A stretch of 32,000 bases of DNA from Deltaproteobacteria bacterium (GCA_029559435.1 JAKQBZ010000189.1:5103-37102); one strand, 5' to 3'; shown: positions 16,872 through 25,002, numbered from the stretch's first letter. Program-made: numbers and translations. The notes: generated from the letters alone by a model not told the origin.

Positions 16872-18269
16872 TCAGCCCTGTTTTTCAAATACCATGAGCC
16901 GGCTCAATTCCTTAATGTCACTCGCTTTGTCCAGAGAGAAGACCGTCTGCATAATTCTGTCTATGCGCCCCGTCGTCATGTAGGGCGCGGCCATATCGGT
17001 AAATTTGGCTGCCAGCTCTTCATCGCTCATCGGGTTCTTGGGGTGCCCCTTTGCAAAATCGATCTGGCAAGAATACTTCCGCCCCTGCTTTGTCGCTATC
17101 TCTGATGTCCCTGCCGTGAGGAACAGGCGGTCAAGGCGGGGATCCCCTTCGAAAACAACCTTATCGGTCAGCTCGCGCACCCGCGGGTCGGAATATCTTT
17201 CGGGGCTGAATTGGGCAGGCCCCAGCTGCCGCTCCAGGATTGCCATTGCCGTGAGATAGTAGGAGCTGTGGTCGGCAGATTCCTTGTTGACGGGATATTT
17301 TTTTGCCGGGTCGCCTGTGTGGCGAGCGCAGCGAGTGCTTGCGGCGATCCGGACCGCCGCCACGTCCTCGGGCCTTATATCGTTCTCTTTTACCAGCTGA
17401 AGGGTTGCCGACAGGTGCCCCTGGGCCGAGTAATCAGAGATTATCGACTTGATGCATGCCTCCATTACCGTGTACCGCCGCCCTGGATCCACAAGCCTGA
17501 GCGGTTCATACTCTCCTGAGAGGACCGTTGCAATAAAGCCGTCGTGCCCCTCAAAAATATTTTCAGGGCCCGTGAACCCCTGGCGGGCCATCATTGCGGC
17601 CAGAATGCCCCCATACGCCATTGCCGGGAAGCGCAGGTTCTTGGTCATGGTATATTCCTCTCCCGAGGCGTCGAGAATGCCCAGCACCGCATGCGTGCTG
17701 CCGGATATCCCCGCTGCGTTCACCACCTGCCCTGCGTCAAGCCCCAGGATGCGGCCTGCCACAAAAGGCATGATATAGGCGCCCCTTGTGTCCCCGTTCC
17801 AGCCTCGCTGCTCCATCTCCCGCCCAACGATCCCCTCCAGGAAACGGTTTGAAAGATCATAGCCCAGAACGATCGCCGCAATCGTTTCGAGCCCTGAAAG
17901 TCCCTGCCTTTCTGCCAGGGCCAGAATGGGCGGGATGACCTCGCTCGGATGATATCCGACGCGGAAGCTGCCTTCTGCCTCTATAACAACCGCGTCGTTA
18001 TAATCGAGGTACCTCGTCATTACGCCATTTGCCAATGTCGCATTAAGGCAGGACGTTTTCACGCCGCTGCCCACAATTGTTGCTTCCTGCGGGCCGGCCA
18101 GCTCGGCGATCAATTTGTGAAGCGACCTGTTCGCATCGCTTGCATAGCCGCCGATAGCGCACCCCAGGGTATCCAATATCAAGCGCTCTGCTTGATGAAT
18201 AACATGAGGAGGAATGTCCCGGGCATCGAAGCTTAGGACCTCCTCAGAAAGCTGTCTTGACAAGCTCAT
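16872..18269 (-). CDS. MmgE/PrpD family protein (paralog 2)
   Basis: Co-linear with the 11035-12432 protein: LDTLGCAIGG, NGVMTRYLDYNDAV, EVIPPILALAE, TGDPAKKYPVNKESADHSSYYLTAMAI. Confidence 0.92.
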   Translation of the reverse strand: MSLSRQLSEEVLSFDARDIPPHVIHQAERLILDTLGCAIGGYASDANRSLHKLIAELAGPQEATIVGSGVKTSCLNATLANGVMTRYLDYNDAVVIEAEGSFRVGYHPSEVIPPILALAERQGLSGLETIAAIVLGYDLSNRFLEGIVGREMEQRGWNGDTRGAYIMPFVAGRILGLDAGQVVNAAGISGSTHAVLGILDASGEEYTMTKNLRFPAMAYGGILAAMMARQGFTGPENIFEGHDGFIATVLSGEYEPLRLVDPGRRYTVMEACIKSIISDYSAQGHLSATLQLVKENDIRPEDVAAVRIAASTRCARHTGDPAKKYPVNKESADHSSYYLTAMAILERQLGPAQFSPERYSDPRVRELTDKVVFEGDPRLDRLFLTAGTSEIATKQGRKYSCQIDFAKGHPKNPMSDEELAAKFTDMAAPYMTTGRIDRIMQTVFSLDKASDIKELSRLMVFEKQG

Positions 18270-18430
18270 TTTTTCACTCCTTCTATCAGGTATTTCCTCG
18301 CCTTAAGCTTAGGCACAAGCTGCGCGCCGGCACGGCCTGGTCATTTTCTCCCGGAATGCCATACCCTTGCATGTCCTTTATCCACCTTTGGCCCCCTTGC
18401 GTCTTTCCCGTGGTCGCCGATATGAGTTAA

Positions 18431-18448
18431 ATATATTGAATAATATAT
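18431..18448. promoter_or_regulatory. Candidate operator palindrome
   Basis: ATATATT-gaat-AATATAT, perfect 7-bp arms, immediately downstream of the predicted minus-strand -10. Confidence 0.4.
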
Positions 18449-18454
18449 CAAATG

Positions 18455-18483
18455 AAAATACTAGACGGGAGAAAGCTTGTCAA
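18455..18483 (-). promoter_or_regulatory. Candidate sigma70 promoter for the minus-strand MmgE/PrpD-Leu cluster
   Basis: On the minus strand: TTGACA (18478-18483), 17-nt spacer, TATTTT (18455-18460). Confidence 0.5.
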
Positions 18484-18589
18484 GGAATATTTTGTACGGC
18501 TGATTACGGCCATTGCTTTAATACGGCAACGTAAATGTGTTTTTATTAAACGCGCCCCCCTCGATTCTCCATGAACACTTCCAATTGCA

Positions 18590-18609
18590 AAGCGCCGTAA
18601 GCGGCGCTT
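18590..18609. other. GC-rich hairpin in the divergent intergenic region
   Basis: AAGCGCCG-taag-CGGCGCTT, perfect 8-bp stem with 4-nt loop; no following T-run. Confidence 0.55.
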
Positions 18610-18754
18610 GCGGATTAGCGTCGATTCACAAAAACAACTTTCTTGTTTGCCGGCTCGGGCGCATTATGCCTCATCGTGCGGCCGCTCATCCCCGTCTCCG
18701 GGCAGGTCCATTAATAAAATATATCTAAAAATATATTAATAACCGCAAAAAAAC

Positions 18755-18783
18755 TTGACAGGCTCGAACGATACGTGTATGTA
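18755..18783 (+). promoter_or_regulatory. Candidate sigma70 promoter for the TRAP operon
   Basis: TTGACA (18755-18760), 17-nt spacer, TATGTA (18778-18783). The -10 is weak. Confidence 0.4.
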
Positions 18784-18832
18784 TAGACAATACAGAATTT
18801 TAAGAAATTAATACGAAAGGAGGGTTCTTTCC

Positions 18833-19864
18833 ATGAAAAAAATGATGAGGTGTCTTGCAATAGGCCTGTTTGCAGCCGTCTGGCTAATGTACGGCATTCC
18901 AGCCAGCGGGGCTGAGCAAACTTACAAGATACGCCTGACCTTATACTGGCCCCCTTCACATCACCTGGTAAAGACCGCCAACTTTTTCTCTGACCGCGTG
19001 AAGGAACACACCCAGGGCAGGGTCGTCGTAGAAGTCTATCCGTCAGGCCAGCTGTATTCCCAGGCAGAGTCGTTAAAGGCGGTCTCCATGGGCAGCATAG
19101 AGATGTCTGACGAGTTTATGGGGAAGGCCGAGACCATCGATCCCCTGTGGGGCGTGGTCCAGACGAACATGTTCGTTTTGACCGACTACCAGATGCTCTG
19201 GAGATACTTTGATCACCCCAAGTTCCGCGAAATAATCGGGGGCCTGTATATCAACAAGATGAAGGTCAAGCCTCTTTTTATCGTTGCCAGCGGGAGCTAC
19301 ATGATGCTGACAAACTCCAAAAACCCGATCAGCAAGCCGGCCGATCTTAGTAAAAAGCTGATCCGCGTGCCTTCAAAGTCCATTATGGAGATGATCAACC
19401 TTTGGGGCGGCAAGGGCGTGATCATGAGCTCGGGTGAGCAGATCATGGCAATGCAGGTGGGCACGGTGGATGGATCATGGACGAGCCTTGGGGATGGCGT
19501 CTCCCGCCAGATCTGGGACGTACAGAAGTACGCGATGCTCTTTCAATCCTGCGTCACCCACCCCTTCGTTATCAACATGAGGTTCTTCAACAGCCTGCCC
19601 CAGGACCTCCAAAAGGGAATAGAGAAGGCCGCGCAGGAAACCCAGGACCACGGGAGGAAGGAGCTGGAGAAGATAGAGGCGGAACAGGTAAAGGTCCTGA
19701 AGTCCAAAATGACCGTACACGCCTTAACTGCCAAAGAAACGGAGGCATGGGCACAGACGATCCAGCCTTTGATCGACAAGTGGGTGAAGGCAACGGGGGA
19801 AAAAGGGAAGGCGTTGCGGGATATAATGGTGCAGGTGAGAAAGGATGTCCTGGTCGGGAAATGA
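18833..19864 (+). CDS. dctP: TRAP transporter substrate-binding protein (DctP family)
   Basis: Signal peptide, then GRVVVEVYPSGQLYSQAESLKAVSMGSIEM, followed by small and large TRAP membrane subunits. RBS AAAGGAGGG. Confidence 0.92.
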   Translation: MKKMMRCLAIGLFAAVWLMYGIPASGAEQTYKIRLTLYWPPSHHLVKTANFFSDRVKEHTQGRVVVEVYPSGQLYSQAESLKAVSMGSIEMSDEFMGKAETIDPLWGVVQTNMFVLTDYQMLWRYFDHPKFREIIGGLYINKMKVKPLFIVASGSYMMLTNSKNPISKPADLSKKLIRVPSKSIMEMINLWGGKGVIMSSGEQIMAMQVGTVDGSWTSLGDGVSRQIWDVQKYAMLFQSCVTHPFVINMRFFNSLPQDLQKGIEKAAQETQDHGRKELEKIEAEQVKVLKSKMTVHALTAKETEAWAQTIQPLIDKWVKATGEKGKALRDIMVQVRKDVLVGK

Positions 19865-19878
19865 TCCCGCGTGGATGA

Positions 19879-19917
19879 GCATTTAGTTCCGGAACGCTAT
19901 GCTCCGGAACTAAATGC
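19879..19917 (+). other. Intercistronic stem-loop between dctP and dctQ
   Basis: GCATTTAGTTCCGGA (19879-19893) / 9-nt loop / TCCGGAACTAAATGC (19903-19917), perfect 15-bp stem. Confidence 0.85.
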
Positions 19918-19948
19918 CTTATAGCGACTTTTGCTGAGGGGTGCGCAC

Positions 19949-20470
19949 ATGAGATCTGATAGCGCCTTGTTTATCCTGATGGACCGGCTGAGCGCCCTGG
20001 GGGCTGCGGCCGCCTCCCTGGGCTACGCTATGATGGCCGCGGGAGTATTTGTGTCCGTTATCTTCCGGTATGTTTTTGTCAGCCCCATGGGGTGGACCGA
20101 TGAAGTAACGCGATTCCTGCTGGTCTGGTGCGTCATGCTCGGCATGGCATATACGCTGCAGCAGGGACGCCACATCAGGGTAACGACTTTGGTCAGGAAC
20201 TTTTCTCCGAGGGTCCAGAGGGCATTAGAATTTATCGGCGACCTGATCGCATTGGCCGTATTGTGCGTTTTCGTTTTTAAGAGCTACCAATTTTCGGCTT
20301 TTACGAAAGATATTGGAGAGGTTTCGCAGGGGTCCCTGGCCATCCCGCTCTGGTGTGCCAATTTGGCCCTCCCGATCGGAGGGTGCCTGTTCGTGCTGCA
20401 GTATCTTGTGAAGGTATTGAGGACCCTCATGGGTGTCAGCAGGGAAAACGAGGACCGTGCACATCATTAG
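19949..20470 (+). CDS. dctQ: TRAP transporter small permease subunit (DctQ)
   Basis: Four TM segments with RYVFVSPMGWTDEVTRFLLVWCVMLGMAYTLQQGRHIRV. ATG 19949 preferred over TTG 19931. Confidence 0.9.
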   Translation: MRSDSALFILMDRLSALGAAAASLGYAMMAAGVFVSVIFRYVFVSPMGWTDEVTRFLLVWCVMLGMAYTLQQGRHIRVTTLVRNFSPRVQRALEFIGDLIALAVLCVFVFKSYQFSAFTKDIGEVSQGSLAIPLWCANLALPIGGCLFVLQYLVKVLRTLMGVSRENEDRAHH

Positions 20471-20512
20471 CGCTGCGAAACTGTAAATTTTATTGTCGAG
20501 GAGACAGACAGC

Positions 20513-21784
20513 ATGACGGAAGGTATCTGGGTTTTCCCGTTGCTCCTTGTTCTTTTATTGTTCGGTCTTCCTATTGGCATCGCGCTCTTTACGTCCGCCC
20601 TCTTAGCTTTGTTGGTCAACAACTTTGACGTCATGAACATGGCCCACACCATGTACCAGACGTTGGATAGCTTCCTTCTGTCCTCTCTTCCGCTCTTTAT
20701 GCTTATGGCGAACATCCTCTTCCGCGCGAATATCGGAGAAGACCTTTTCGAGCTCCTGAACGTCTTCCTTCGAAGGATACGGGGCGGCCTGTCGCTTTCA
20801 GCCCTTGCGGCCTGCGGCCTGTTTGCTGCGATATCCGGATCCAGCGCGGCGACGGTTCTGACGATCGGCATTGTTGCGATCCCCGCCATGTTGTCCCGTG
20901 GATATGACAGAAAATTGGTGTTCGGGGCCTTGGGGTCGGGAGGATTGCTGGGCGTATTGATCCCTCCGAGCGGGTGGATGATCATCTATGGCGACATCGC
21001 AGAGGTCTCGGTGGGAAAATTGTTCCTTGCAGGGGTGATCCCGGGCCTGATACTTCTGGGGATCTTTCTGATCGTTGCCTATATTCAGTCCATAAGGACC
21101 CGTATGCAACCCATGGAGCCCGCCACCTGGCCTGAAAAAAAGGCAGCCCTGCGACGGGCCTTTCCGGCGATCTGGCTGCCGCCCATCATACTTGGCGGCA
21201 TTTATTCCGGCATCTTCACGCCAACGGAATCCGCCGCCGTCGGCTGCGTGTATGCCGCCGCCATCTCGGTAAGGCGGCTGAAGATAAAAGATTTCTGGCC
21301 CATATTCAAAGACACCGTCGTTGCAACGTCCATGCTCTTTCTCGTGATCAAGACAGCGGTGGTCTTTGGCTCATCGCTGACCATGATGCAGATCCCTCAA
21401 AAGCTGGCTGCGATCGTTGTACAGGCGGGCCTGACGCCTATCCCGTTCATCATTGTGATGTCCCTGGTCTATTTTGTCCTTGGATTGTTTGTTGACGGGA
21501 TATGCATGCTGCTTTTGACCCTCCCTATTATCCTGCCCATTCTCGGCGCTTTGAACATAGACCTCATATGGTTCTGCATCATCGTGGTGGTCAACATGGA
21601 GATCGGGTGCATCAGCCCGCCCTTCGGCGTCAACCTCTTCGTCCTGATGGGCATCGTGAAAGACGCCGAGCTGCCCGAGATCCTGCACGGGCTGCTGCCG
21701 TTCTTCCTCGGCCTGGTAGCTTTCCTGATCATTGTTATCAGCTTCCCGGCCCTGTCAACCTGGCTGCCTGCCTTTCTAAAGTAG
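20513..21784 (+). CDS. dctM: TRAP transporter large permease subunit (DctM)
   Basis: LALLVNNFDVMNMAHTMYQTLDSFLLSSLPLFMLMANIL, GLFAAISGSSAATVLTIG, GSGGLLGVLIPPS, FTPTESAAVG, CISPPFGVNLFVL. Confidence 0.95.
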   Translation: MTEGIWVFPLLLVLLLFGLPIGIALFTSALLALLVNNFDVMNMAHTMYQTLDSFLLSSLPLFMLMANILFRANIGEDLFELLNVFLRRIRGGLSLSALAACGLFAAISGSSAATVLTIGIVAIPAMLSRGYDRKLVFGALGSGGLLGVLIPPSGWMIIYGDIAEVSVGKLFLAGVIPGLILLGIFLIVAYIQSIRTRMQPMEPATWPEKKAALRRAFPAIWLPPIILGGIYSGIFTPTESAAVGCVYAAAISVRRLKIKDFWPIFKDTVVATSMLFLVIKTAVVFGSSLTMMQIPQKLAAIVVQAGLTPIPFIIVMSLVYFVLGLFVDGICMLLLTLPIILPILGALNIDLIWFCIIVVVNMEIGCISPPFGVNLFVLMGIVKDAELPEILHGLLPFFLGLVAFLIIVISFPALSTWLPAFLK

Positions 21785-22088
21785 CGCCTTGCAGCGCGGC
21801 GGCCCGCTGATCAAGCCCGCCCCTAAGAAGCGGATCAACTGCAGGCAGTTCAGCCCTATCACGCCCTGGCAAAGGATGGCCACGGTGTCGCCTATCGAGA
21901 TGCCGGCTGCCGCCACGTGCACGAACGTGGCGAAAAGGGGCTCCAAAGCAGAGAGCGCATTCCCCGCAGGGTATCATTCTCCCCCGGAAAACCCTGTCTC
22001 CCGCCTTAAGGCCGTTGACGCCCGCGCCCGCCATAAGGCCTTGAAGGTATGCCCGGTGGGCCTCGAGGCTCTGCAGGGGCGGCCGCAA
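21785..22088 (-). pseudogene. Degraded zinc-dependent (MDR) alcohol dehydrogenase fragment
   Basis: Minus strand encodes ...GAGVNGLKAGDRVFRG..MIPCGECALC, then a +1 frame change to FATFVHVAAAGISIGDTVAILCQGVIGLNCLQLIRFLGAG, matching the zinc lobe and Rossmann start of MDR enzymes with the intervening region missing. Confidence 0.6.
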
Positions 22089-22134
22089 TCCACGGTTTTA
22101 TCGCTCAACGGCCTTCAGGCCTAAGCAGGGCATA

Positions 22135-22146
22135 ATGATATATCAT
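22135..22146. other. 12-bp perfect palindrome
   Basis: ATGATATATCAT, between the ADH remnant and glnA. Confidence 0.4.
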
Positions 22147-22194
22147 AATTACGGCCCGCTGTTCCCCCCGGCAAACAGGAAGGAAGCGAAAAAA

Positions 22195-22224
22195 GCATGC
22201 GCGGTACAGCGTGGCCGCGCATGC
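22195..22224. other. GC-rich hairpin upstream of glnA
   Basis: GCATGCGCGG-tacagcgtgg-CCGCGCATGC, perfect 10-bp stem. Confidence 0.75.
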
Positions 22225-22254
22225 AGGGCGCTTTGTCGGTAGGCCATGAAAACA

Positions 22255-22283
22255 TTGACTTTAAAGGGATATGCGTTCATAAT
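22255..22283 (+). promoter_or_regulatory. Candidate sigma70 promoter of glnA
   Basis: TTGACT (22255-22260), 17-nt spacer, CATAAT (22278-22283). Confidence 0.6.
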
Positions 22284-22325
22284 GGAATTGTTTGAAAAAT
22301 ATATTTTTTAAAAGGGGGCGATGGC

Positions 22326-23651
22326 TTGACAAATGCACAGGTCGTCAAATTGGCTCACGATAAGAAGGTAAAATTCATAAAGTTATGGTTTACCGATATA
22401 CTTGGTTTCGCGAAGAGCTTTACCATTACCATTAACGAGCTCGAAAACGCCCTTAACGAGGGCATGGGCTTCGACGGTTCTTCGATCCAGGGGTTTGCCA
22501 GGATAGACGAGAGCGACATGATCGCGATGCCCGACACGTCAACCTTTGCAATACTTCCATACAGGCCAAAGGACAGCGCCGTTGTAGCGAGGATGTTCTG
22601 CGACATACATGAACCCAACGGTGTGCACTATAAGGGCGACCCACGATATGTGCTGAAGCGGAACCTGAAGGTCGCAGAGGAAATGGGCTTCGATACCTTT
22701 TATGTGGGCCCGGAGCTGGAGTATTTCTACTTCAAGTCCGACAAAGAACCTGAGACCCTTGACCTGGGAGGATATTTCGACATCACAACGCTGGACGAGG
22801 CGACGGACTTAAGGCGGGACACCATACTGACGCTCGGAGAGATGGGGATAACGGTAGAATACAGCCACCACGAAGTTGCCCCGTCACAACACGAGATCGA
22901 CCTCCGCTATGCCGAAGCCCTGAAAATGGCCGACAACACGATCACCTACCGGATCGTGGTCAAAGAGGTGGCGAGAAAATATGGCGTGTACGCGACGTTT
23001 ATGCCCAAACCGATATTCGGGGAAAACGGAAGCGGAATGCACGTTCATCAGTCCCTTTTTAAAGGAAAGAAAAATGCATTTTTCGACGCCAAAGACAAAT
23101 ATTTTCTCTCTGACGTTGCCAAATGGTACATAGCAGGCCTTCTTAAACACTCGAAGGAGATCACCCTCGTAACGAGCCAGTGGGTAAATTCATACAAAAG
23201 GCTTGTTCCGGGCTATGAGGCGCCGGTGTATATCTCATGGGCACAGCGCAACCGGTCGACCCTTGTCCGGGTCCCCCAATACAAGCCCGGCAAGGAAAAG
23301 GCCACGAGGGCGGAATACCGGAGCCCCGACCCTGCGTGCAACCCCTATCTCGCATTTTCCTGCATGTTGCGGGCAGGGCTCGAAGGGATCAAAAACAAAT
23401 ACTCCTTGCCAAGCCCGATCGAGGAAGACGTGTATGAGATGTCGCAGGAAAGAAGAAAGGCGTTGAAGATCGAATCGCTGCCGGGAAGCCTCTACGAGGC
23501 CATAGAGGCTGCCGAAAATAGCAGGCTCATACGGGATGCCCTCGGGGACCACGTCTTTGAGAAGCTTATAGAAAACAAAAAGATCGAATGGGACAGGTTT
23601 AGAACGCATGTTTCAAGGTACGAGGTAGAGACATATCTTCCCATACTATAA
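22326..23651 (+). CDS. glnA: Glutamine synthetase type I
   Basis: GFDGSSIQGFARIDESDM, GPELEYF, HHEVAPSQHEIDLRY, MPKPIFGENGSGMHVHQSL, NSYKRLVPGYEAPVY, RAEYRSPDPACNPYLAF. TTG start. Confidence 0.96.
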   Translation: MTNAQVVKLAHDKKVKFIKLWFTDILGFAKSFTITINELENALNEGMGFDGSSIQGFARIDESDMIAMPDTSTFAILPYRPKDSAVVARMFCDIHEPNGVHYKGDPRYVLKRNLKVAEEMGFDTFYVGPELEYFYFKSDKEPETLDLGGYFDITTLDEATDLRRDTILTLGEMGITVEYSHHEVAPSQHEIDLRYAEALKMADNTITYRIVVKEVARKYGVYATFMPKPIFGENGSGMHVHQSLFKGKKNAFFDAKDKYFLSDVAKWYIAGLLKHSKEITLVTSQWVNSYKRLVPGYEAPVYISWAQRNRSTLVRVPQYKPGKEKATRAEYRSPDPACNPYLAFSCMLRAGLEGIKNKYSLPSPIEEDVYEMSQERRKALKIESLPGSLYEAIEAAENSRLIRDALGDHVFEKLIENKKIEWDRFRTHVSRYEVETYLPIL

Positions 23652-23750
23652 AACAGGAAGGGCACGGGTGGGGCGGAGCGAAGGGCCGCTTCCCGGGAGA
23701 GCGGCGCTTACGTTCATGCGTAAAAATATGCTGATTGTGAGGAAATAACG

Positions 23751-24089
23751 ATGATAGTGAGAAACTTTAACGACCCAGAGGTACTGCAGACAACCTACAT
23801 AGCCCATCGCGGCGCCGTGGCAAGAATGGTTATGACGAGCGAATTCCTTCAAGGCATTGAATTTCTCGCTTATGCGATTCTTCCGCCGGGCAATACTATT
23901 GAGGAGCACATAGACCCCCTTGAGGAGATATACCTGATCTTCAAAGGGGGAGGGATCATGCAGGTGGGAAAAGAAGAAAGAGAGGTAAAAGAAGGCGACG
24001 CCGTTTGGATCCCTGTTGGCGAACCTCACAGCCTGCGGAATACGAAAGACGAAGAAACCTTCGTGCTTGTGATCGCTGCGTACACTTAG
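23751..24089 (+). CDS. Cupin-domain protein
   Basis: 112 aa: LPPGNTIEEHIDPLEEIYLIFKGGGIMQVGKEEREVKEGDAVWIPVGEPHSLRN. Confidence 0.88.
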   Translation: MIVRNFNDPEVLQTTYIAHRGAVARMVMTSEFLQGIEFLAYAILPPGNTIEEHIDPLEEIYLIFKGGGIMQVGKEEREVKEGDAVWIPVGEPHSLRNTKDEETFVLVIAAYT

Positions 24090-24126
24090 AGGCAGGAACA
24101 GGCAAGCTCCCTAACTGAGGTACCCC

Positions 24127-24813
24127 TTGAATATTAAACCGGGAAAGCACATTGCCATTACAGTAGACATGGATCCCTTACGAGAGACTATCGACGTAAA
24201 AAGCTCCACGGTCCATGATATTGTTGACGGAAAGATCATAGCGGCGCAAACAGACCCCCCTCTTCTGAAAAGCTACCTGAACAAGAGCATCTACATAACC
24301 TACCTTGAGAAAGAGGCGGGAAAACCGGTGCGGTATGGTTTCCCGGCAACGGTGCTGGAGTTCATAAAAGATTACAGGCTGACCTCTTCGGAGGTGGCAC
24401 CGGCGATAGCCCTCATGCAGGAAGCAGAGATCGAACAATGTAACCTGAGGATGTTTTACCGCTTGGAGCCGCCGAGCAACAGCGGGCTTGATATCTACAT
24501 TGGAGGGGAAAAGGTCAGCATAATTGATATCTCCATTGGTGGCGCGAACTTCAGCCACAGCAGAAGCAGCCCTTTCCATGCCAACGAGACCGTAAAGCTT
24601 GTCCTGAGCATCGGCGGCGCAGAAACGAAGATCGATGCCCAGGTGTTGAGAGTAAGGGAGCCTGAGAACGACAGGCTGAAAAAAAGCATTGAGCTCGTAT
24701 CGGTATATTTTATCAATATGCCCGGAAGCACAAAGAACGCACTGAGCAGAAAGATAAGAGACATCGAGCGGGCAATGCGGTTCGAGAACAAGTTCTATAA
24801 GAACAGCAGATAG
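24127..24813 (+). CDS. PilZ-domain protein (YcgR-like)
   Basis: N-terminal flagellar-brake-like barrel; R-x(n)-IIDISIGGANFS PilZ motif; RDIERAMR C-terminus. TTG start. Confidence 0.8.
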   Translation: MNIKPGKHIAITVDMDPLRETIDVKSSTVHDIVDGKIIAAQTDPPLLKSYLNKSIYITYLEKEAGKPVRYGFPATVLEFIKDYRLTSSEVAPAIALMQEAEIEQCNLRMFYRLEPPSNSGLDIYIGGEKVSIIDISIGGANFSHSRSSPFHANETVKLVLSIGGAETKIDAQVLRVREPENDRLKKSIELVSVYFINMPGSTKNALSRKIRDIERAMRFENKFYKNSR

Positions 24814-24833
24814 CATATCGTATATAGTAACTG

Positions 24834-24885
24834 CACGTGAAACAATATCGAAATCCTAGTGCGGTCGTGCTGATTGTTTCACGTG
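24834..24885. other. 13-bp perfect inverted repeat overlapping a parS-like site
   Basis: CACGTGAAACAAT (24834-24846) and ATTGTTTCACGTG (24873-24885). Confidence 0.85.
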
Positions 24886-24890
24886 GAACA
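24875..24890. promoter_or_regulatory. parS: parS-like ParB-binding site 1
   Basis: TGTTTCACGTGGAACA matches TGTTNCACGTGNAACA at all specified positions; intergenic. Confidence 0.8.
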
Positions 24891-25002
24891 TTCCCGGCGG
24901 GCGGTCTTTCTTTCTTCATGCCTTACGGCTCATGATCTACGCATGCCTTGCTGTGGGCCGGCCTTCTCAACGAACGCACAACGCCGAACGCATCCCGCCG
25001 CA

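Noticed and set aside
16859-16888. Longer start (MKNRADKGCQ) for the middle MmgE/PrpD gene
   Set aside because: It overlaps the upstream gene by 17 nt; the internal ATG at 16858 has a better RBS and reads into the conserved N-terminus.
21914-21919. CACGTG core as a third parS
   Set aside because: Flanks do not match TGTTN/NAACA; it falls within the ADH remnant.
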